Assembly (NCBI GenBank): GCA_040954595.2
Contig: CM082589.2
Location: forward strand, 4,106,213-4,170,212
DNA from: Balanoglossus misakiensis
Taxonomy: Eukaryota; Animalia; Hemichordata
Reading direction: 5' to 3'
Length of the DNA stretch: 64,000 nt
Positions 52,101-64,000 of this stretch are shown piece after piece (positions within the stretch are counted from its first letter, which is position 1; the number at the start of each line of letters is the position of its first letter). The notes beneath the pieces were generated by a model. It was given only the letters and a program-made list of their open reading frames with translations. It ran no database searches and had not been told where the DNA came from. The position numbers and the translations under genes were made by a program.

Positions 52101-55100
52101 TCTTCTGGAACAACAAATTTATTCCAGAGTAATGACGGCCTCGACATCACTACACTTGAGTAGACCACTCAGTAAATCAATATTCCCTTACATGATAACT
52201 GAAGAGATATTTACAAATGTTTGAGGGGTTGAGACAGGCAATTGACAGACTGTGAAAATTCTGACGTCATACTCAGCCTCAGGCGGTCTTAGCTGAACCT
52301 TTATCACGTGACAAAATGAGCTGATTTAATATAGAGAAATTTTATTTTAAAAACGACAAAAGATACTCGTGTACACGTCAATCGCGTACAAAATTCTCCC
52401 ATAAAATATAATGCGCTGAACTCATACGAAAATTTACAGAAACAACCGAACACAAAAACGGCATTAGCACCTCAGTCGATAACAATTTCACCTAAAACGA
52501 ATAACTATTATTAAATCAATGCAGCCAATACTGAATATTCGCTAATTTCGGATGAACACGAAATTCCGACGTAATTTCATTTAGGAGTTGGAAGTGCGTT
52601 AGAAAAGTGCGTTATAAAAATTACATTTAACACCATAACTTTATCAGGTTTTTCTTTACCCCGATTGTATAGATGTCTAACAGAAGGAAGAGTACGTGTT
52701 ATTCCAATATGAAAATAGCTTACTCAGATACTCAATCTTGTTTCAGCGAGAGAGACTCAAGATCTGGCACTTCAGGACATGAAATTGTCTTAAAAACTGA
52801 TGACGAACGTCAGTATTTTCATTATAAGCCTAAACATTCACGTTTTATTACACAATGCCCGCGTTTTTATTAACGTTCTTGCATCAGGTCAGTCTGTGCT
52901 ATATTTTAGAGAGTGTAAACATCACTTTTTTTGCCTCCATATATATCTTTCATTATCTTTGCAGTTATCTGTGTACTGATAGTAAAGATATCTGGTCTTA
53001 TGTATACTTGCTGCTATAGGCCTATTTTTTATTATCCACTGTGCCCCGAGTTCCCCGTCGTTTCTTGTAAACCTTCAACAAAATACAGTAATCGAGAGTG
53101 AATGTTTCCGGTGTAAGCATCTACCTCTGACATTTCGGGGGGCATTACACGCTTCTCATAAAGCATTCCATTTTTCTAAAATAAAATGCTGATATACATG
53201 TATTTTGGTTACCATCAGCATTGTACGTTATTGTACTTTATTACACAACTAAATATCACTGGCAAAATATGTATATAGAGTGTACCATCGTCTTCCACGT
53301 TTTCTTCCAAACTTTTCAGGGCTTAGCACAATTTTCTGATATTGTCATTGACCATTGGTCATATGATATGCAAATACACTATGTATGCAAATGATATGCA
53401 AATACACAATGTAGGTCTAGTTGACTGACACTATAGCACCCGATTCTGAAGGCGTGAATTCACGATCAACAAAGTAATGCCTTCTGACAATGTATCCCAG
53501 CTCTCCCTAGTGAACTTGACGAGTTCAAAGCCGCCGCCAAAATAAATCTTGCTCCGCAAAATAGGATTGTCATTATCGCCCCGCCAAGACACTAATAATG
53601 CATGAACTGGGCTCATCTATACACGTGTCCTGGCGAGCTGTGTTTACAGCCAGATCGTGCAACGAATGTAAAGTCAAGAAAACACTGAAGACACACAGTT
53701 GCCAACGATTCCGAAATTGCTGAAGTAACATCGGGAACAGTAGCAACGCAACTTCATTTGATGAAGTATAAATGAACATCTGATTCAAAAGATGTCTCGT
53801 CAGTGGACAATAGCGATATTTTACTCATTTGGTGCATACTGATAGTCACTGAAAATTCAATTTTCTGTTGTCCGATTATATTGAATTGTTATTAATTATT
53901 TCAAAAACAAGCTCGGAGAAAAAAAGATATGATTACTGTGTACAAATATGTATTTACATGTAATTGATAAAAAATGAAACTGTATCGAGAAAGGCAAATG
54001 CAAACACACAGCAAAACACACACACCAGCTAAGAACCATATTGTCTGTACTGACTCTGTAAAAACCATGGCAACGCTAGTTTCTGTTGAAACAAACTCCT
54101 TAGCGCGTCATCGTGGCGTCGGGTGGGATGAAGACAAAATACTTAGGAAATGTTAACAGGCAAAACTAAGTTGACAAATCTCAAAGAGGAGATTAAACCA
54201 CCGTAAATCAATCACTTTAAGATACACTTCCTCCAACACGCTTCCTAAAACTCATCAGATTTGATTTTCCTATCGCCGCGCAGTCAATAGCAAAAGTTAA
54301 ACGCAGCGAGACGAATTTTTTATTCATAAATAATTAAAGCTTGTGATTTTGAATTGGAACAGCTAGAGTCCCAGAGAGCTGGCGAATGTTTACCTCATGG
54401 GGTTAAACGCCAATTTTATTTATCAACCCTCGGTACAATCCTGGTAAGTGTATAATTAAAGAAATACACCGCGTGGGCAGTGTTTGATAACAGATAAGTA
54501 TTGTCTGAAGGCTTCACTCGTGCTTACCACGGGCAAGAGCCTGCTTGACTTTTGTCATTTGACGCAAGAGGAGCTCGCTTCGTTGGCGAGGACTGAAAGT
54601 ACGTATATAACCGTGCACCACGTACGTCGACCCGGAGGGCCTTACATGCAGCTGAAGCTGTCTTTTAAATCCCCAGCTTAGGGAGCCCAGCTGACGAAAC
54701 GTCAAACCGAGACCAGTATATGTTGGCATTTACAGAACATCATACATGTAGATGTACGCCGCGTTGTGCAGAGGACAGGTTCGTCGTGTGTTCATCGGTC
54801 ACAACCAGACGACAGAGCGTCTAGTAAGTGGGTTCTGCCAACCGTCAATTTGACAGCCGTGCTTGATTTCCACTTTACTGAGGTTAGTTTAACCATTTTC
54901 TAGTTTAAAACATTTTTATTAGTAATGTACATGTACGTGTATTATATGCAGCTTTGGGGAATCTGAACATGTTCATAATGTCTGAATATTGGTTGCGAGT
55001 AAATGTGTGATATAAATACTTTGGCTGAAAATTTGCACCACGCATGATGCCAGCATCTACAGAATGTTTTCTACATTGAAAATATGCCAAAGTTTATTAT

Positions 55101-55912
55101 TTTGTCTGACTTTAGTTCTAACTTGTATGATAGCGTAGCTGCAAGCGCACTTTCGGGTTTACACATCAAATCCGCCTGAGTATTTCGTCAGAGTGACACC
55201 AACGTTTTCACGTCGGGTTTCATAACCCGAAAGACCAAAACACATTGTTATTCAAATACCGAAACAATGGCTCATTAGAATTTAGTGGTGATAATGAAAC
55301 ACCTTGCTGTATTGCGACGTTTGCTTTCCAAAGGGAATGGTGTGATTCAATTGGCTATCTTTGTGTACACCTTTCGAAACCTGTCTCTCGTAATCGCACG
55401 CTGCAGGGACAAAAAAATGTAGTTGATATATCTAGCGAATCGATGGACGAGAATGTACCTGGGGATCTGTAGACAAAACCGATTACATACACTATCCTGA
55501 ATGATATTGTCGAGTATTACCTAAATGCAGAATTCCGCGAACCCATCCCACGCTTTAATTTTTTCCATTTGCCTCCGAGAAGAAAAAGGAACATTTTTCA
55601 AAAATAAAACGGATTAGAGATTATTTATCATGAGGAAAATACACGAAAACGTCGGATCATGTAATTAGCGCAATCGCCGACTTCCGACTTCAAGATGTCA
55701 TCCGACTCTCACGGTAATCTTCTTCAGTAAACCGACAAACTTACAAAAGACTTGAAATAAGCTTAACATGAAAAAGTCAATACGTGAATACGTGACCAAA
55801 CCTGGCGACGTATTTCTACACAAAACAGTCTTGCACAGTCAGCCACGTTGTGTAATGTTCATAATTTCACAAGGCTGTCAATCTCATTGCCTCGCTCATG
55901 TCTTCGTTGTAC

Positions 55913-56004
55913 AGTAGTGTAGTGTAGTGTAGTGTAGTGTAGTGTAGTGTAGTGTAGTGTAGTGTAGTGTAGTGTAGTGTAGTGTAACGTTACGTTACGT
56001 TACG
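55913..56004. repeat. (AGTGT)n pentanucleotide microsatellite grading into (ACGTT)n
   Basis: About 14 tandem agtgt units followed by acgtt units, seen directly. Confidence 0.95.
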
Positions 56005-59000
56005 TACTGTATCATACTGCACTGTGTGGTTAAGTTTGATATGCTGAAATCCCATACAACTTACCATATATATTTTATTTGGGGAACAAGGGTTGGCAGC
56101 ATAACATCTTCGTTTGTGAGATGACTGCGTGCACCATTAATAGATTCTTCTGTTTGCTATCTTATGTTGTCAGGATAAACTAACGCCTCGATAAAAGTTG
56201 AAATCACATTATTTGTTTCGGAACGGTAAGTGGGTAATCTAGCGTCGCGATCGAAACAAGCGATAAGCTCACGCTTGTGATTCCCGTACGAGCGACCGGG
56301 GAAAGCTGCAGTTTGGCTCGAGATTTGATCTTTGCAGACACGTGACAAAAAAAAACGTGATCGCGGTGGCGTACTTCTCCGTTGTGAACAGCTCTTGCAA
56401 GTGCGTCAGTTCAATGCGGAATCTTTTGTAAAAATTTCCGTATAAATCATTCAAATGGATCAATTCGCACGGTCAAAATGTTCACCCCACACCATGTCTC
56501 AAATTTACGGTATTCTGTGCCAAAAGCTGCATGATTTATTATGTAGTTAACATGTACGTTCTACTACTCTTGAGGCAGTGAGTGTACATTGCAGTATTTA
56601 ACGACCTTCCGTTTTTAGCGACATTCGAACTTTGTGAACGCCTTTGTTTATCTACACGTGAAGACATCTATCCACCACCTTGAAAGGTTTGCTTATCTAT
56701 AACACCGGTTGCTGCCTAGCGACATTTCCAACGCCTGAAGAACTGTGAATTATACACATGAATGCAATTTCCGATCAGCCAGTTGGTCTTTAGCGCCCGG
56801 TGTCAGCTGACTGCGTCCAATGTCCTGCACATGGTGTACAGTAGACAAAAAGCCGGTTGTAGTCACCTTTAAAAATTCAGAGAGAGCGTTCATACCTGTC
56901 GGCGAATGAAAATTATTATCGTCTCTAAAGTCGCGGAGCAATTAGAAAACAGGATGCCGCCGATCCCCAACGGTGATTGTCGAAGACGGTGCCGGGAGAA
57001 CTGGAAATGCTACACCCGTCGGGGGGCCGGGTGTGTCTTTGTTAATCTCTCTCCACCGTATATGTGAACGGGATATGGTGGGCGATATTTAGAATGCAAC
57101 ACGTTCGTTTCGGCGACACGGTTTTGAATTAACGGAAGACGTGACGATGAATCCCGACTGAAGGCATAGGTTTTTATACAAAACTCTACTTGCCTCTCTT
57201 TCTCAGGATTTGACAGACCACGGATGATTGAAGGAATTTTTTGACGATTTTAATCATTTGAACCGCCCGAGCATGTCAACATCCAATTTCATGAACAGTG
57301 AAGGTTAAAGCTATGTAAATTCTAATTTTACACTTTTTTCAGTAATCATAGATTCAGCGAACATATATTTTTGAGACCTTTAACCAAATCCAATCATGAA
57401 AATGTGAGATGTCATTATTTTGTGTGATGTCAATCAGGAAATCGATTTAACAGACAGACAAACAGACAGACAGACAGGCAGGCAGGCAGGCAGAGAGACG
57501 AACCGGCAGAAAAAAATAGCAGTGATAAAGAACACTTTGAGCAATCGTGCATGTAACGCAACACGCTCTGACACCTTTCCAGGCGCAGTATATTGAATCA
57601 GTCACTTCCTATTGAATTAGTGAAAACCGTGCAATCAGCAACTCGAAGCCACACTCGCTGCCACAGCACAATATTCTCTTTTTTCCCCGAGAACAAGATG
57701 TAACATCACGTCATTATTTTGATAATCACCGCGTTTGTGTCTCGAGTCAAAACTGATGGCCCGACAGAGGTCACTGTCCCTCATGCCTGCTTTGAGTCAT
57801 CCGACGATTCTAGCTAGCCACACAAATTAGAAATGGCAGCTCAACAAATTATAGCAAACAGCGGGTAGGTGATACATGTGACAATATATATTTCCGTTTA
57901 ATAAAAACATGTGAATGCATATCACAACGGTGTGACGGTTTGAGGTGTAGACTATAGACAGTTCAATATAAAGTGATATGACATACAATATAAAATTGTA
58001 CATCGGTCTTGTCTTGGATGTGGTCATTTTTTAACTGTGAAATTTTTTTCAGACTCTTTGTCCATAGCAGTAACAAATAAAAAAGCACATTACCTCGGTA
58101 TTTCCTTCACTACCGACAGAAAAATAATTAGCAGAACTATAGCTATGGTTGCTGAAAAGCCAGTGCATTTTACGACGACGAAATATGATACTTTTATATT
58201 CTGTGGATCTGTATGCAAGCATATCCATCTCTGATTGCTGCAACGTGAATTAATGAAATGCGCTTTGACATTTACATCCCTTGAAGTGATATCATATCGT
58301 CAGATTGTGGTAAGTTGAATGGAAAAGTAAGTTGTCTTGATTGCGTATTCACTGAGCACTGCTTTTGGCAAATTGTCCATCGCAGGGACAACTCACCAAT
58401 CAAATTATCAACAAGCTGTTCGTGGATAATGTAGGAAACTCATAATTGGATTCGAACATGGTCTTCGTGCCCTTTTACCTGCTCGAGTGTAACAGAGACG
58501 GCGGAGATTTTGGTTTCACGACTCTGACATACTTTATACTATATATGGACTGTTTATGTTGCCAACTGATCAGACCGTCGTCGTCATCATCATCATCGTT
58601 ACCGAAGCCGCCATCGTCATTGCGATTGTCACCACTACAACCACCAGATAGTTATTTTTGAAGAACATTTCTACTCTGAATTGGCAACCCAAAAAGACAT
58701 CCTCGATGACACCCGCGTAATTTGAGATACATTTTTTTTCTGGAGACGACACGTGACCTGTAAACGGCCTGCCCCGGATGTGCGGGCGGAAAGAAACTAA
58801 TTAAGACGACGGATGGGTTAACACCGTAATGCTAGATGTCCTCGGGTCGTTGTAGCAGCTGGCATTGTCGGTACTAGGTTCTGTATGCGGTACACGTACG
58901 TACACGCACCTTCGATCCATCTTGAATCCCACCCGTCGGTTGCTCTTGTACAAGTTGAAGTGGGCGCCGCTGACAGATGCTTCTTTTGTGCGATATTGTG

Positions 59001-59566
59001 CCCGTGAGTTATGTCACTTCAAAGCAGTAATTCGAAATTCATGATCTTGATAGCGTTTCAATCACTGACCTCTGACAGCCGAATATGACACACGAGTCTC
59101 AACTAAGGAAAAAAAAGACGGTGGTTCTTGCAATTTCAATCAATCATTCAAGCTATTAGTATCATACCCTCCGGTGTTACATCATTAATAGGGAACAAGA
59201 ATCCAGGAACAAGAATATGAAATATAGCATCTCATCTCAAGCTTTAAGACGCTAATAAAATGAATATTTTTTTTATTATTTACTGAAATAACAATACGCC
59301 GGTAAACGTAATTTAAATCGAGCATTCCGAGTGAACTGTATACTAGTTGGTAAGAACACTATTTCCAGACGTAGTTATTACAAAACAACCCCAAATCAAA
59401 AACCCTTAAGTTCAAAAATAATATTCATTAATTTTAGACCGGGAAATGTGCATTCTGAATAAAGTAAGCTATTTCGCCTCGAATACATGTAGTTGTAATA
59501 TTTCCTCGATGCTACGTAATGTAGAACATTTCCACTTTAGGGGTGTTACCAGAAGCTACACAGCGC

Positions 59567-60071
59567 TGATTACGTTTAGCTGTCATAAGAAGCCTTCAGA
59601 TAAAAAAAATCAATGTTCAATAGAATTCCTCGCCACTACGGTCACTTTCATTTGTAGTAATGCGCGCACGGCACCAGAGACAAACAAACCAATCACGTTT
59701 TTGCGCCCTTGCAGACGGATTCCTCTAGGTCTGTGCGATTTTCTGTATTCATGAAATCCCCTGTGTTGCCATTAAGAATGAAAATAGTGACAATACGGAG
59801 ACGAGATAAACGTGTTTCATTAAGGAAAAAATAACTAAACCGATCGACGAGTCTGTCTGAAAGACAGAGAAAGTGTCGTTGCAAATTACAGTCAGTTCAA
59901 TTTTACAATGTGAAGTTTATTCTTGTTTTCATTCCAATTCAGTCTTAGGATTAAACTAATAGCATGCGTCTGTGGTTTTACGATCATTCTTTAAAGTTGT
60001 ATTGTACACCATTTCAACTGAATTAGAATTTTGCGTGACTGGAGAGATGTCTTCGTCATTACAACAGTGGT
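59567..60071 (+). repeat. Dispersed repeat, copy 2 (~500 bp, diverged)
   Basis: Same-orientation homology to 48630-49140. Confidence 0.75.
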
Positions 60072-61862
60072 TATGGAAAGACCAAGAGACAAAACAGAAT
60101 AACAACGTAATCATCATGATAACTCTCACAGACACTGTAAAGTTTTTTGGATATTTGCAGTTTCCGTCTGGCCCAATTCTACCTTCGTGGCCGTGATTTC
60201 AATAGTTTTCTCTGCATTCATGACATACACGGGCACTTAATTGCCTTGTTGCACTGGATGAAGCGGTTCGATTATCCTGATTTCTGCTGCCGCATTCTTA
60301 GTGTGCGCACATCACGGTCTTTGAGCTTTGAAGTAAAATCGCGGTTTTAAAGTGTGCTTTCATGGGGCGCACTTATTGTACAGTTGAACTTTATACACGT
60401 CCGTGAGTTTGTTAAACACTGTACAGCAAAGCCAAATAGGTCGTAAAATAAAGACCGTTTCCTCTTTATTGGTACGGAAACAGTTTAATGAGTTCCCATC
60501 ATGCGCAAGTTAAGTCTTACAACCGTATTTGTTAATGTGGGCATTTCTATACATATATGTACAGCACCTTTTGTTTGTGCTGTTTAATGGGAAATTTGAC
60601 TCGTTTTACAGACCCCCTATTAAACAGAGGTTATTTCTTAGGGCTTAATTAGTTGCCCATTTGCAGTGAGGTATGCAGTATTATGTCATTTAACTTCTCA
60701 CTTGCGTATTTAATTTGGCCATAGGGATAAATTTTCATATACATAAAAAGTAAATATGTTATAACGTGCTTACACGAATATACAGTCGCCATATATTTTT
60801 CATACCTAGGCCTATACATTATTATGACAAATGAGAGTCCAACCACATAAGTGTATTCCATTCACGCATGACTGCCACTGCAACAGGCTGCGTTCCTTTG
60901 ACAAATTGCCGGCGCAGATTGAGTAAAGTAGTTTTCTTACGTTCTGTGTGACCAGAACCGATCACGAAATAGGCAATATTTGTTAGATCTTTTTCTTTAA
61001 TGGGTCGAGAAAGCTCCTTTGGTAACAGATTCACACCTGCGATTGAGCGTTTCTGGATAGGCACAGCAGCGCGTGTTTGTACTCCCAGAATAAGAATTAT
61101 TCACGGTATTGAAGGTTTCCTTCGTGTAAAGGTTATATGTCGCAGAATGTATGGTATTACAGTTTGACTTAACTTAGCATAGTGATAAAGCAATTACTAC
61201 ACCCCTATAAAGGACTTTTTGGTTTCATTTTCTCAGCTGTGTGAATACTATTATGGCTATTGCGCACGCCGAGCACTGTGTCTTAATCTCATATCAATGC
61301 GGCACCTGGAGACCAATGCCGTAATTATCCACCGATGCATAATCCATTAAGAATTTTGCCTCAGAAAATAACGATCAACACCTTTTTGGAATCTCACTGA
61401 CGAAGTCTCCAGGTGCCGATTATACCAAGGCTTAGGTGACGGCTGGGATTACAATTTTAATTTTAGTGCACGCTGCGATATGATCAGACGACCCGTCGTG
61501 AATTTATCGATTAATTTATTAAATCCGCGCCTCGCGGCATTCTGCGGGGAAACGGTCATCAATGTATAGTCGAGAGATTTGATTATTTTCACAAAGCGAC
61601 CATCTTCCAGGGCAAGGTCCGTTGCTCCCAGGTGGTGATATTTAAAGAAAGAAAGTCTCACAAATCTTTGGAATCCAAGGAACGCGGTAAAATCTGTATA
61701 CGGCTGCCATTATCTAAGTAACTTGTATAATATTACATGACAAATTTATTTGTATTGTTGAATTGTGATTTTCAACTAAGCTAAGATTTTAAATTTCCCT
61801 TTTTCTTTTCAGGCATTGCGTCAGCAGGTTGCAGAAAGCCCATCCTGTCGGCTGCGGCAAAC

Positions 61863-61876
61863 GTTACCATAGAAAC
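61863..61876. promoter_or_regulatory. RFX X-box-like motif (GTTACCATAGAAAC) in the putative 5' UTR of the GPCR exon
   Basis: Strong match to the X-box consensus, 50 nt downstream of a clear splice acceptor (ttttcttttcag, ending 61812). Confidence 0.35.
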
Positions 61877-62504
61877 AATTTGATGGAATAGCCTCAAGAT
61901 TATTCCACCTGTACTACGTGTACATACGGTGTTTAGAAACCTCCCGTGATCGGTACGACGTCCACGGTTACACGCCGCAATTCTTCAGTCTCGCCAATTG
62001 AGTCCGTATACGACGTGATAATTGGGCAATATTTCTTCATTTATCAACCAGGAAACGCGCTGGGCGTCTCTCTTAGTGGAGTTAAACGCCGACTGAATTG
62101 CCTCGCGAGCGCCGAGAGAGTTTGCACTTGTGACAGAGAGGTGCCTGGCACTTGAAACTGTCTGTTTTCGTTGGAACTAATGTGCTTGACCTCAGCGGAG
62201 AGTGTTCTTGGATGTTTCTCCATTGTTTCTGCGCATGCTGAGACTGCCACGAGCAATATAATTCACTCTCATCATTTCGTGCTGCGTGTATGCTGCTGTG
62301 TAATATGATTCCAGTTGGGGAAAGTATGGCGTCGGCGTCTTTGTTCTTTTCAAAATAAGGGACAAAACTCAGCGACTTATTTTCTTATTCCTTCGTTCGT
62401 TTTATCCCATCAAGTATTCGCCCTTACTTATTATCTGTGTACCACGACATAACAATTGTTCAGTAGCAGCGTATAACAATACTTATTCCGTATGACTTTT
62501 AATC

Positions 62505-62957
62505 ATGTCAATTAACGGATACGCAATGAACTACACGGGAGAAATGGCCATATGCGAAAATTTGACATTCGCGCAGAATCTCACCGACTACAACATCTCG
62601 CAGATATGTTCCGGGAATGTATCCCTCGACTACGAATCGGAATACGATTGGGATTACGTCCACAACGTGGAGATGCCCAAACTCCTGGCCGAGTTCACTT
62701 TCCCCAAGACGCACGAATGGGCACTTATCGCTGCCTACGTCATCGTCTTCATTCTGGCGCTGGCCGGGAACATCCTGGTAATCGTGGCCGTGCTGAGGAA
62801 CCCGCAGATGCGCACCGTCACCAATTATTATATCATAAATCTCTCCGTGGCGGATATCCTCGTCTCCATTATATGTATGCCCGTCACGGTCGTCATGGAT
62901 ACAACGGAGACGTGGTACTTTGGCTACGTGGCTTGCAAAGTCATACCATACTTTCAG
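62505..62957 (+). CDS. HCRTR2: Orexin/allatotropin receptor-type class A GPCR, first coding exon (N-terminus to start of TM3; continues beyond the window)
   Basis: EWALIAAYVIVFILALAGNILV...MRTVTNYYIINLSVADILV...CMPVTVVMDTTETWYFG..ACKVIPYFQ closely matches vertebrate orexin receptors. Phase-0 donor CAG|GTAAGA at 62957; several N-glycosylation sequons in the N-terminus. Probably co-orthologous to HCRTR1 and HCRTR2, so the symbol means '-like'. Confidence 0.9.
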
Positions 62958-64000
62958 GTAAGAATTTTTGTCTCCCACGCGATTGGTACAACCTTTGGAT
63001 AAACTGAATATTTTACATGTGGACAAATCTCAGTATATTTGTAACCTAGTCGTAAATAATAAAACAGATGTTTTGGGATAGTTTGGGGATTTGTCGACTT
63101 TTCCACACCATTTTTCAACAATACCCACCTATTGAAAATAGTTCAATACGAAATCGTGGTATTGCTCTTTGATATTTCAAGTTGTCATATTGGGATTTAA
63201 GCATTAACCAATTGAATAGGTTTGTTACCGGTCTAACCTGACATCACTTACTTCAAAGTCGTTGACAAAGAATATTGTAAATGTATATGCACAAAATCCC
63301 TTAAAGTCGAGGAAAGAGAAAGCAGATAAAATTGACAGCAAACTTAGTACAGCCCAACTAGTCTGTCTTACATTCTTTATGAATACCAATGGCATGTTGC
63401 AGAAAACCCATTTTGGTTGAAGCGGGGTATATTCATGCCGGCATTTTCTGTTTTGTCTATTCCGTATGTTTGTCCTGCTTTAATGTGTCCTTTGCCCGCG
63501 CTGGCGACAATAGAACCAGTCGTGTTGGGAATTTTGGTCGTAATCGGTTTAGACAAGTCAACCATATGTCATTCCAAAGGTTTCGATTCAGAGAGAATTT
63601 ACTGACAGAGGCAAACTGATTGACAGCAGGGCAGAGACGGCGTGTCCATGAAATGCTGAGATAAGTTGTAACGGCGTCCTTTTGCGGGCACTCAACCGCC
63701 ATGACTAATTTAATCATAGAAACTATTGTTTGTGTGTTGAGGGATAACAAGGACTCATTTTAGTTGCAAATGCAGCTCATATCGAGTAATCTGTTGTTGA
63801 AAGACATGGCCTTGTGCAGCTCTCATCTCTGTACAATCCCATTACCACTGTCAATAGTTTTCCACCTCTTGAAACTATCTGTAAGGGGAGGGGAAGATGA
63901 ATTAATTAACAAAAATCAGCTAGCTCTTCACCTTCAGATCGAAAGAGATTAGACCGGTAGCAGATTGCAACTTAACCCCCTAAGCATCCTACGAATAAAA

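Noticed and set aside
55913-56004. Regular repeat as a CRISPR or telomeric array
   Set aside because: A simple pentanucleotide microsatellite without spacers in a eukaryotic context; not TTAGGG.
44965-62256. Numerous 60-134 aa ORFs
   Set aside because: Short, often non-ATG, random composition; no transposase, reverse transcriptase or other domain recognised.

Overview
Intron-rich eukaryotic (metazoan) genomic DNA, most plausibly a marine invertebrate deuterostome such as a hemichordate or echinoderm (inferred from protein similarity and intron style only). Gene models were built by hand from GT-AG sites and reading-frame phase. Minus strand, 1-31 kb: (i) a tandem cluster of at least three paralogous small secreted proteins, each with a signal-peptide exon and a shared short Cys-rich exon; the two complete genes also have ADAMTSL/MADD-4(punctin)-type Ig domains, one has a PLAC domain, and neither has canonical TSP1 repeats; (ii) a 4-exon single-pass membrane protein without signal peptide; (iii) a 6-exon MGCGSS-initiated, very acidic, disordered protein built from symmetric phase-1 exons, with several RFX X-box-like motifs in its introns; (iv) a single-lobe (2 EF-hand) calmodulin-like protein. 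Plus strand, 35-64 kb: POLR2F (RPB6), an uncharacterised 5-exon disordered protein, two tandem SLC16/MCT transporters preceded by a recent chimeric partial duplication, about 17 kb with no convincing CDS, and the first coding exon of an orexin/allatotropin-type GPCR. No rRNA, tRNA, CRISPR or transposase was recognised. Most entries in the ORF track are spurious.
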